From positions 35,776-99,775 of the forward strand of contig JBGATK010000001.1 of NCBI GenBank assembly GCA_044229265.1: a DNA stretch of 64,000 bases, in the 5' to 3' direction. Position 1 is the first letter of the stretch. Every line of letters begins with the position of its first letter. The DNA comes from Minisyncoccia bacterium (GTDB taxonomy: Bacteria > Patescibacteriota > Minisyncoccia > Phycocordibacterales > UBA9973). Below, piece after piece: positions 56,237 to 64,000 of this stretch. The notes below the pieces were generated by a model. It did no database searches, was not told where the DNA came from, and saw nothing but the letters and a program-made list of their open reading frames with translations. The translations under genes were made by a program, and so were the position numbers.

Positions 56237-59191
56237 ATGTCAAAAGATTCTATGCCTACAAAAGAAGAGCTCAAAAAAGAAAAAGCTGAAGCTTTAGAGA
56301 TTTTAAAGAATGCAACCGATGCCGCTAATGCTTTAACTGCAAAAAAAGAAAGTGCGAATAAATCTAAAGCAGAGACAAGCAACTCAGAGCTAGAAGATTT
56401 AAAGAAAATGGTATTAGAACAACAAGCTAGTCTTTCAGGCATGAAAGGTGAGCTCAGCGCACTAGGGGAAGAAAGGCAAAAACTCGAACAAGAAGTAATA
56501 CCGGTAGCAGAAATAGAAGAAACAAAACCTGAAATAACAGAAATAAAAGAAGAAATTACAACTCCAGAAGAAACTCCAGAAAATACAGAGGTAAAACAAG
56601 AGGAAATAAAAGCAATACCTGAACCAGAAAAAATTCCAGAAAATAAGTCAAAAACTAAAGCTGAAAAAAGAGCTGAAAACAGAAAAAAGAATGGCATAGA
56701 AGAAAAACCTAAAAAAGATAAGCAGAAAATAGATGAAACTCGCGAAAAAGTTTTAGCGAGCATGGAGCAAAAAGAAGAAGAAAAAGAAGAAATAAAAAAT
56801 TTAGATTTGGAAGACAAAAAAGATGCTGATAAGGATACTTTAGAACAAAAGGTAGAATATTTTAATCTAACTGGTAAAGATATAAATAGAATAGCTCAAA
56901 AAATAAAAGATAAAGAATATTTAGAAGCAGACGACCGTGCTTTGTATGAACAGAATCCACAACTATTCGAATCAGCAGTAAAAACAAAATGGCGCAGTGC
57001 TACAAGCTGGCTTGCTGGTGGATACCTTTGGTTGCAACAGAAATTTCTAACGACTCCAAAAACAGAAAAAATAGTAATTACTGATGAAGAAATTGCGGAA
57101 AATCATCCGGAAACTGTAGTAGATGAGGATAAAGAAACTAAAAAAGCAGAGTATGCTAAAAGGCTTCATGAAACTCTTAGTATTACAGACATGGGGGCGG
57201 CTTATGGTATTGAAAGAGCAAAAATGGCAACTGATGCTCCAGAAATACAAGAAGAAAATAAAAAACCAAAGAAAGAATCTAGCAAAGAAAGAGAGGCTCG
57301 CTTAACTCAAGAATTTATAGAGAAAGTTCAAAACCAAATCGATGCAAAAATGACAGGCGAGTGGAAAGGCGCGAGCGAAAATGAGCGAGCAGAAAAAGCT
57401 CGTGCTCTGTATGTTTCAGAAAAACAAATTTTTGATAAAGAAAAAATTGAACGCGCAGGTATATTTACAAAAAGCTTGCACGCCACAGAAAATTGGTGGA
57501 AGAATTTAGAAAATAAAAAAGGTGGTGCGTTTTGGAAAACTGCTATTAGCTCTTCGATGGTGGGCACAGGAATTGTTCTTGGTGGAATAGCTACTGGTAG
57601 CCTAGAAGCAAGCTTTGGAAAAATAGCTTGGCGTTTAGGCTCACGCATAGGCCTCGCTACTGGACTAAACTCGATGTTAGCTTCAAATAGAATGAAGACT
57701 ATAATTTCTGGTTTAAAGCCAAAAGACCAAGCAGATATCAAGAAAATGAAATATGTATTAGCCGGGACAGGAATTGCAGTTTCTGGAATTATGGGTGGTT
57801 GGGTAGTAGCAGGTATTGCTGCTGGTGGTTATGGAGTAAGGCAAATACTAAATAAAATAGACCAATACGGTGTAAAAAAAATAGCTGAACAAAAAATGGA
57901 AACAGAGAAAATTCTTAAATCAGCAGATTTTAAAGATGGTTATGATAGAAATAAAATGATAAAAAACATTTCTGTATTTAATGATGCTTACAATAAATTA
58001 GAAAAAACGATCAGACTTGAAAATAGATACAGTGCTGCAACAAAATATATTCTTTCTACTGGTATTGGTTTAGCCACACTTACAGCGATGACTCCATCAG
58101 TAGCTCATGCACAACATGACACTACTAGCGAAGTGCATAAAGACATGATTCAAGACAAAAATGGAAGCTGGATCGAGAAGCCAAAATTATCTGATGCACA
58201 CGGAACACAACCTACAGACCAAAACACAACAGCTCCGATAACTAATCCAGAAACAAAAACTCCAGAAATAGAATTTACAGAAGTAAAAGCTGGTGATGGA
58301 GTAACTCAAACCTTAAAACGACTTGTCGATGAAGACAAAGCTCCAAAATGGGTGCTCGATGAACTTGGTAAAAATCCAAAAGCTGATGATTATGCAAAAT
58401 TCGCAGAAAAATTCGGCATGCTTCACGCCAAAGATTTTGAAGATAGTATTCGTGTATCGAAGGGCGATAGTTTTGGTTTCGATGAAAAAGAAAATTTCAT
58501 CTGGAAACATGGTGACCAAAATTACACAGTAATAGAGATAGATAAAAATGGTGATGCCGAGGAAGGTGATTGGATGGATAAAATGCAAGATGAGAAGTTT
58601 ATTCACTCTCAAAGTAATCATATAAATAGTGTTGAAAATTCTAATCAAGATCTAAATGCAGAGAATCCAGAAACTGGAGATAAGTCTGTAGATACAGGTG
58701 GGGAAGGTAATCCAAGTGAAGAAAAAATTGATCCAAATAAAATAGTTGAACCAGAGCCTCTCGACAATAAAAATGCTCCAATTGAAAATACTCCAGAGAA
58801 TACTACAGGGCCAACTGTACCACCTGAAACAAATATAGAGCCTACAAATATGAATCCTTATAGCCTACCGCAAGAACAATTAGATTATGTAAATGATATT
58901 TATAAAAATTATTTAGAAAGAATGTTTCCAAATAATGAATCATTAAAATATTGGTCAGGTATTCAAAACAATAGCGCTCTTGATTTAATTCAAGTCAAAG
59001 CAGATGTTGTTGCTACAGAGAGTAGGGGATTATACCGTTTAGCTCAGACTATTTTCCACCAAACAGGATTAGAACCAAAGCATCCTACCCTAGCAAATCC
59101 ACTTGAAGAAAAAGAAACTATCAAAAATTACATTATTCGTGGTATGCAATATGCAGCTTCAAAAAATAACTTAAACCAAATAACATTATAA
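56237..59191 (+). CDS. Large acidic/coiled-coil protein with Gly/Ala-rich hydrophobic helices
   Basis: 984 aa; Glu/Lys-rich N-terminus, several Gly-rich hydrophobic segments, Pro/Thr/Asn linkers. Confidence 0.6.
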   Translation: MSKDSMPTKEELKKEKAEALEILKNATDAANALTAKKESANKSKAETSNSELEDLKKMVLEQQASLSGMKGELSALGEERQKLEQEVIPVAEIEETKPEITEIKEEITTPEETPENTEVKQEEIKAIPEPEKIPENKSKTKAEKRAENRKKNGIEEKPKKDKQKIDETREKVLASMEQKEEEKEEIKNLDLEDKKDADKDTLEQKVEYFNLTGKDINRIAQKIKDKEYLEADDRALYEQNPQLFESAVKTKWRSATSWLAGGYLWLQQKFLTTPKTEKIVITDEEIAENHPETVVDEDKETKKAEYAKRLHETLSITDMGAAYGIERAKMATDAPEIQEENKKPKKESSKEREARLTQEFIEKVQNQIDAKMTGEWKGASENERAEKARALYVSEKQIFDKEKIERAGIFTKSLHATENWWKNLENKKGGAFWKTAISSSMVGTGIVLGGIATGSLEASFGKIAWRLGSRIGLATGLNSMLASNRMKTIISGLKPKDQADIKKMKYVLAGTGIAVSGIMGGWVVAGIAAGGYGVRQILNKIDQYGVKKIAEQKMETEKILKSADFKDGYDRNKMIKNISVFNDAYNKLEKTIRLENRYSAATKYILSTGIGLATLTAMTPSVAHAQHDTTSEVHKDMIQDKNGSWIEKPKLSDAHGTQPTDQNTTAPITNPETKTPEIEFTEVKAGDGVTQTLKRLVDEDKAPKWVLDELGKNPKADDYAKFAEKFGMLHAKDFEDSIRVSKGDSFGFDEKENFIWKHGDQNYTVIEIDKNGDAEEGDWMDKMQDEKFIHSQSNHINSVENSNQDLNAENPETGDKSVDTGGEGNPSEEKIDPNKIVEPEPLDNKNAPIENTPENTTGPTVPPETNIEPTNMNPYSLPQEQLDYVNDIYKNYLERMFPNNESLKYWSGIQNNSALDLIQVKADVVATESRGLYRLAQTIFHQTGLEPKHPTLANPLEEKETIKNYIIRGMQYAASKNNLNQITL

Positions 59192-59227
59192 TTTAACAAA
59201 ACTCTAAAAAGAGAGTAAAATAAATAT

Positions 59228-59539
59228 ATGCTCACAAATAAAAATGAAGTTCGTCAAAATATCATCGACCTGTTTGAGATAGACAAAATGCCAGAAGATA
59301 AACAAGAAGAGATGATAGCTAAAATAGGTGGAATTATTTTCCAATCAGTAATTATGCGAATATTGCCACTAATGCCCGAGGAAGATTTAGCAGAATACAA
59401 TAAAATGATGGAAGAAAATGCTAACCCTGAAAAAGTTTTTGATTTTCTTTTTGAAAAAGTTCCAAATTTCTTTGGTATTATAGCCGAAGAATCCGAGAAT
59501 TTCCGCAAAGAAGCTGGTGAAGTTTTAAGTAAAATATAA
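59228..59539 (+). CDS. DUF5663-like CPR protein
   Basis: LP...QEE.....G..I.Q.V..R.L...P.F..I..EE...F pattern. Confidence 0.55.
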   Translation: MLTNKNEVRQNIIDLFEIDKMPEDKQEEMIAKIGGIIFQSVIMRILPLMPEEDLAEYNKMMEENANPEKVFDFLFEKVPNFFGIIAEESENFRKEAGEVLSKI

Positions 59540-61579
59540 ATGCTACACTTAGAAGGATTAAATGAAAAACAAAAACAAGCAGCGCTCCACACAACTGGAG
59601 CGCTCTTAGTTATCGCTGGCGCAGGTGCTGGTAAAACCAAAACCATTACCCACAGAATTGTAAATTTAATTCATACTGGTGTGGCGCCCGAAAATATTTT
59701 AGCTGTCACATTTACTAACAAATCTGCTAAAGAAATGCGCGAGCGTATAATAAATGAAATAGCAAAAAATGCTAAAGGTCAAAATACTCATCCTTTTGTA
59801 TCTACATTTCACTCGCTCGGGGTTTATATCATAAAAGAATGGGCGAGCATGCTTTCTCTAACAAAACACTTCTCAATACTCGATGAAGATGATGCTATAA
59901 AAATAATAAAAAATATAATCAAAGAGCTCGGCCTCGATCCCAAAGAAAACGAACCGCGTAAAATAAAAGGTGCTATATCTCGTGAAAAAGGTAAGTTTGT
60001 AAATTTTGAAAATTATCGCGAGCGCGCTCAAAGCTATTTTGAAAAAACTGTAGGTGAAATTTGGGCATTATACGAAACACAAAAACACAAAGAAAATTCG
60101 CTCGATTTTGATGACCTATTATTAAAAAGCGTCGAACTTTTGCGTAAAAATCCTCATATATTAGAGCATTATCAAAACAAATGGAGTCATATTCATATCG
60201 ATGAATATCAAGATACAAATGAAGTGCAGTATTTGATGTCAAAAATGCTTTCCGCTAAACACAAAAATATTTGTGTAGTTGGCGACGCTGACCAAAATAT
60301 ATATTCTTGGCGCGGGGCAAATTTAAAAAATATTTTGAATTTTGAAAAAGATTATCCAGGTGCTACTGTAATATTTCTCGAACAAAATTATCGTTCAACA
60401 CAAAATATTTTACTCGCTGCTAATGAAGTAATAAAGAAAAATAAATTCCGTCCTGAGAAAAATTTATTTACGAAAAATATTGAAGGCGAGAAACTCGGCC
60501 TATACGAAGCACTCGACGAAGGCGATGAGGCGGATTTTGTGGCAACTAAAATCCTAGAGATTATAGACAGCGAAGGGAAAAGTGTTTTTGAGGGAACCCT
60601 TGGTAGGAGCGACGGCGACGGACAGAGAAAATCTTCAGCAGAAGATTTTCGTGGTGAGTCCAAAAATAATTTTCCCGTAGCTAGAGAAATTGCCGTACTA
60701 TATCGTGCCAATTTTCAATCTCGCGCGCTCGAAGAAGCGATGCTACGATACAATATCCCATATCAAGTTCTAGGAACAAAATTTTTCGAAAGAAAAGAAA
60801 TCAAAGACACGCTCGCATACCTGCGCTCTGCACTCAATCCGGCAAACCTCGCCGACATAAAACGCATTATAAATTTCCCAGCTCGTGGCATAGGTAAAAC
60901 TACTTTGGTAAAACTTTTTGCTGGGGAACAAGAAGGTTTGCCAATTAAAATGCAAATAAAAATAAAAAGTTTTTATGAATTACTAGAGGATATAAAAAAT
61001 AAAATTACAGAAATGAAGCCGAGTGAAGTCATACAATATGTAGTCAAAAAATCCGGCATAGAAAGAGAACTCAAAGAAGGTGGGGAAGAAGAACTAGAAA
61101 GACTCGAGAATATAAAAGAACTCGCAACACTAGCTATCAAATACGACAATTTAGAAAATGGTCTCGGTGTCGAAAAATTACTCGAGGACGCATCACTGGC
61201 TTCTGATCAAGACAGCTTAATAGACAGTGATAAAAACCAAAAAGAAAAAAATAAAAATGCCATAAAACTCATGACTGTGCACGCTTCAAAAGGCCTTGAA
61301 TTTGATTCTGTGTTTTTAGTAGGCCTCGAAGAAGGGCTTTTCCCTCATGAGCGTATGGGTGAGCGCATGAATGAAGAAGATGCTGAAGAAGAACGCAGGC
61401 TTTTTTATGTAGCACTCACTCGCGCTCGCCACAAACTTTACCTATCATTTGCAAACTTCCGCACAATATTCGGTTCTCGCCAAATTAATTCTCCATCATC
61501 ATTTCTATCTGACATACCAAATGATATAATCGAAGGTGAAAATAAAAGCGAAGGCAGAATAAAGACTATTTATATATAA
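59540..61579 (+). CDS. pcrA: UvrD/PcrA/Rep superfamily 1 DNA helicase
   Basis: AGAGAGKT, DEYQDTN, VGD.DQ.IY.WRGA, LEQNYRST, TVHASKGLEF, EERRL.YVA.TRA. Confidence 0.95.
   Translation: MLHLEGLNEKQKQAALHTTGALLVIAGAGAGKTKTITHRIVNLIHTGVAPENILAVTFTNKSAKEMRERIINEIAKNAKGQNTHPFVSTFHSLGVYIIKEWASMLSLTKHFSILDEDDAIKIIKNIIKELGLDPKENEPRKIKGAISREKGKFVNFENYRERAQSYFEKTVGEIWALYETQKHKENSLDFDDLLLKSVELLRKNPHILEHYQNKWSHIHIDEYQDTNEVQYLMSKMLSAKHKNICVVGDADQNIYSWRGANLKNILNFEKDYPGATVIFLEQNYRSTQNILLAANEVIKKNKFRPEKNLFTKNIEGEKLGLYEALDEGDEADFVATKILEIIDSEGKSVFEGTLGRSDGDGQRKSSAEDFRGESKNNFPVAREIAVLYRANFQSRALEEAMLRYNIPYQVLGTKFFERKEIKDTLAYLRSALNPANLADIKRIINFPARGIGKTTLVKLFAGEQEGLPIKMQIKIKSFYELLEDIKNKITEMKPSEVIQYVVKKSGIERELKEGGEEELERLENIKELATLAIKYDNLENGLGVEKLLEDASLASDQDSLIDSDKNQKEKNKNAIKLMTVHASKGLEFDSVFLVGLEEGLFPHERMGERMNEEDAEEERRLFYVALTRARHKLYLSFANFRTIFGSRQINSPSSFLSDIPNDIIEGENKSEGRIKTIYI
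60569..60682. repeat. About 114-nt structured element inserted in frame in pcrA
   Basis: GGGAAAA..TTTTTG pairs with CAAAAA..TTTTCCC; GAAAATCTTC-AGCA-GAAGATTTTC inside; encodes SEGKSVFEG...KNNFPVA. Confidence 0.75.
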
Positions 61580-62355
61580 TGACTTACAAACATAAAGCAA
61601 AAAAGAGCTTAGGGCAGAATTTCCTTAAATCTGGGGCTATTTTGAATAAGATTATTGCCGGTGCAGAACTAAAAGAAAATGACATTATCTTAGAAATAGG
61701 TCCCGGAAAAGGTGCTTTAACTGAAAAACTACTAGAAAAAGTGGGAAAAGTGATAGCAGTCGAGAAAGACGATGCACTTTTTGCATTTTTGCAAGAAAAA
61801 TTTGCTGAAAACATAAAAAAAGGTAAATTAATCTTATTAAATCAAGACATTTTGGAATTTGAGATAAAAAGTTTATTTATTTTAAACTATAAAATAGTAG
61901 CAAATATACCTTATAACATTACAGGAGCAATTTTAAAGAAGTTTTTAACTAATAAATGCCAACCAGAGAGTATGACCTTGCTTGTGCAGAAAGAAGTTGC
62001 TCAGAGAATAGTGGCAAATGATAAAAAAGAGAGTCTTTTATCTATATCTGTAAAAGCTTATGGAGAGCCTAAAGTTCTTTTTAAGGTTCAAGCACGTTTT
62101 TTTAGCCCAGCACCAAAAGTTGATTCAGCAGTAATACACATAAAAGACATTTCTCGTGAACTTTTTGAAAAAAACAACATAAAAGAAGAAGATTTTTGGG
62201 AAGTTTTACGAGCCGGTTTTGCTCAAAAACGTAAAAAACTCAGTAATAATCTAAAAAAAGTAGTAAAAAAGGAAATTTTAGAAGAATACAAAGACAAAAG
62301 AGCAGAAGACCTCACCGTTCATGACTGGATTAATATTACAAAAGGGAATAATTAA
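61579..62355 (+). CDS. rsmA: 16S rRNA m6,2A dimethyltransferase
   Basis: KKSLGQNFL, EIGPG.GALT, ANIPYNIT, F.P.PKVDSAV. Confidence 0.96.
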   Translation: MTYKHKAKKSLGQNFLKSGAILNKIIAGAELKENDIILEIGPGKGALTEKLLEKVGKVIAVEKDDALFAFLQEKFAENIKKGKLILLNQDILEFEIKSLFILNYKIVANIPYNITGAILKKFLTNKCQPESMTLLVQKEVAQRIVANDKKESLLSISVKAYGEPKVLFKVQARFFSPAPKVDSAVIHIKDISRELFEKNNIKEEDFWEVLRAGFAQKRKKLSNNLKKVVKKEILEEYKDKRAEDLTVHDWINITKGNN

Positions 62356-62399
62356 CTTTTTCACAGCTTGTTTTATAGAAAAAATGATATAATTATATT

Positions 62400-62786
62400 A
62401 TGCGAAAAATTTTTGCATATGTATTTATAATATCTTTAGGATTTTTGGCAATTTTTAATTTTACTTCTGCATCTAGCCAGTCTTTTGGTGGAACCGTAGC
62501 CGAAACAAAAGCTGATGCAATAAAAAGGGCAGAAGAAGCAGGATATAAATGCGAAGTTCGAGGAAAAACAACAAAAATCAAGCTAACTAGTGGAGCTTCT
62601 TTGGATTTTTACATTCCTAGTTCTGTAAAATCAGCGACAGGTAATGAATTATCAAAAGATCAACAATTTTTAGGAAATAGAAGTGGTGCTTATTCTACAA
62701 TAACATGTACTAAGAAAGATTCTGATGGTAAAAAAGTGTATAAACAAGTAAAATTAAGGAAGGTTAACTATTACGGTAATCAATAA
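62400..62786 (+). CDS. Secreted hypothetical protein
   Basis: Signal peptide, FGG motif, two Cys. Confidence 0.6.
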   Translation: MRKIFAYVFIISLGFLAIFNFTSASSQSFGGTVAETKADAIKRAEEAGYKCEVRGKTTKIKLTSGASLDFYIPSSVKSATGNELSKDQQFLGNRSGAYSTITCTKKDSDGKKVYKQVKLRKVNYYGNQ

Positions 62787-62796
62787 TTTCATAAAT

Positions 62797-63735
62797 ATGC
62801 ATAAGTATAAAAAATACCTACCTAGCAAAAAATTTTCAATAATGATGGGCTCTATAGTTTTTGTCTTACTCTTAACTTTTGGTTTATTTTATTATTTTTC
62901 AAAAAAACAAACTTTTAAAACAGAAAATTCTGATTTAAAAGTAACCAATGCTTTAACCGAGAGTAAAGACATCGTGGACCTTATAGGAAGTGATACAGAT
63001 AATGACGGTGTTTTAGATTGGGAAGAAGCATTGTGGGGTACTGACAAGAACAAAAGAGCTACATTTGAAGGTAAAAGCGACGCATCATATATTGCCGAAA
63101 AGAAAAAAGCACTAAATATTGAGACAGATTTAAATAATGAAAAAAATATCAGTGAGACAGATTTATTTGCTAGAGAATTTTTTACAGCATACACTGCTCT
63201 CAAAGCTTCTGGTCAAGTCGACAGTAATACTATAAATGAATTTTCCAGTGTTCTTGGAGAGAGAGTATCAAATCCAAATCTTGTAGATATATATACCACA
63301 GAAAATATAAAATACACCCTAGTCGATAGCGATACGCCACGAAATACTTATTATAATACTCTGAAAAAATACTTCGATCAGCAAAGTGCAAATGGCTTGG
63401 GTGATGAAATAAACATTATTTCAGGAGGTCTTTTAGAATACGCGGAAAATGGTTCAGAGGGTAAATATGAACAATTAAATATAATAGCTGATTCTTATAA
63501 AGAATTTGCAAAGAAAGTTATATCTACTCCTGTACCTGAAGGCTTAGCTACTATACATCTAAAGATAGCGAACTCTGCTTACAATACTGGCATAAGCGTT
63601 GGCAATATGACAAAAATTACTTCCGATCCGATTATAGGAATATCTGGCTTATCTCAGTATGAACAGTACAGCGAAGCATTGATTCAAGCGGTTGCGGATT
63701 TAGATACAGCGATAGATACCGGTGCTTCGGAATAA
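62797..63735 (+). CDS. Membrane-anchored protein with a calcium-binding TSP3-like repeat
   Basis: TM; DTDNDGVLDWEE.LWGTD. Confidence 0.65.
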   Translation: MHKYKKYLPSKKFSIMMGSIVFVLLLTFGLFYYFSKKQTFKTENSDLKVTNALTESKDIVDLIGSDTDNDGVLDWEEALWGTDKNKRATFEGKSDASYIAEKKKALNIETDLNNEKNISETDLFAREFFTAYTALKASGQVDSNTINEFSSVLGERVSNPNLVDIYTTENIKYTLVDSDTPRNTYYNTLKKYFDQQSANGLGDEINIISGGLLEYAENGSEGKYEQLNIIADSYKEFAKKVISTPVPEGLATIHLKIANSAYNTGISVGNMTKITSDPIIGISGLSQYEQYSEALIQAVADLDTAIDTGASE

Positions 63736-63813
63736 TAATTAACAATTTATATTATTCATAATTCGAAACAGTGTTATAATATAATGGCAAGTTTTAAAAA
63801 CGAGATATATTAA

Positions 63814-64000
63814 ATGGAAAAAATTTTTAAAAAAATTATATCTTTGACTCTAATTTTGAGTTTTGTTTTTTCGCCATACCTACTGGCAATACAAAAAGTA
63901 AATGCGCAATCTTACAATGCAAATGGTTCTTATCAATACGGTAATTCATTTAGTAGTTCTAGCCTTGGAGTATCAGCGTATTTGACGGGCCTTGCTCCTG
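63814..64000 (+). CDS. Partial secreted protein (continues past the window end)
   Basis: MEKIFKKIISLTLILSFVFSPYLLAIQKVNAQ signal peptide; open to the window end. Confidence 0.6.
   Translation, partial: MEKIFKKIISLTLILSFVFSPYLLAIQKVNAQSYNANGSYQYGNSFSSSSLGVSAYLTGLAP

Noticed and set aside
2566-63203. Numerous overlapping or antisense ORFs in the track (e.g. 15528-16187, 9932-10408, 56209-56817, 26270-26740)
   Set aside because: They are shadows of well-supported genes on the opposite strand or in another frame and have no recognisable motifs.
1-64000. CRISPR array or cas genes
   Set aside because: No regularly spaced direct repeats with unique spacers; the hairpin repeats are dispersed.

Overview
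AT-rich chromosomal segment of a Patescibacteria (CPR) bacterium, most likely Parcubacteria, read in genetic code 11. The taxonomic call is inferred from gene content: rplK without rplA, a trigger factor lacking its PPIase domain, a type IV pilus cluster with Parcubacteria-style secreted proteins, and many genes with a -10 box directly before the ATG. Core genes include secE-nusG-rplK, murB, tsaC, pgk, tpiA, nusA, ppa, tig, clpP, rny, HU, lexA, comM, pnp, rpsO, a xer recombinase, xth, cca, pcrA, rsmA and four tRNAs. Five features stand out. (1) A 1.4-kb locus at about 48.1-49.6 kb combines seven parS-like palindromes, DnaA boxes and about ten copies of an unexplained 9-mer, TGTCYTTTA, partly written into the cca and yraN coding sequences. 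(2) A family of ~30-nt hairpin elements with a 3' GRCAAG tail occurs intergenically, nested inside itself, and in frame inside xer and cca; other palindrome families sit in frame in murB and pcrA. (3) Accessory cassettes are bracketed by duplicated ends of core genes (xth/TMEM175 and tig). (4) A Bacteroidota-type T9SS cargo protein and an acyl-CoA desaturase suggest gene flow from a Bacteroidota host. (5) Two pilus-linked fibre genes share a near-identical N-terminal module but carry different phage-tail-like C-termini. All calls come from reading motifs by eye; no searches were run.
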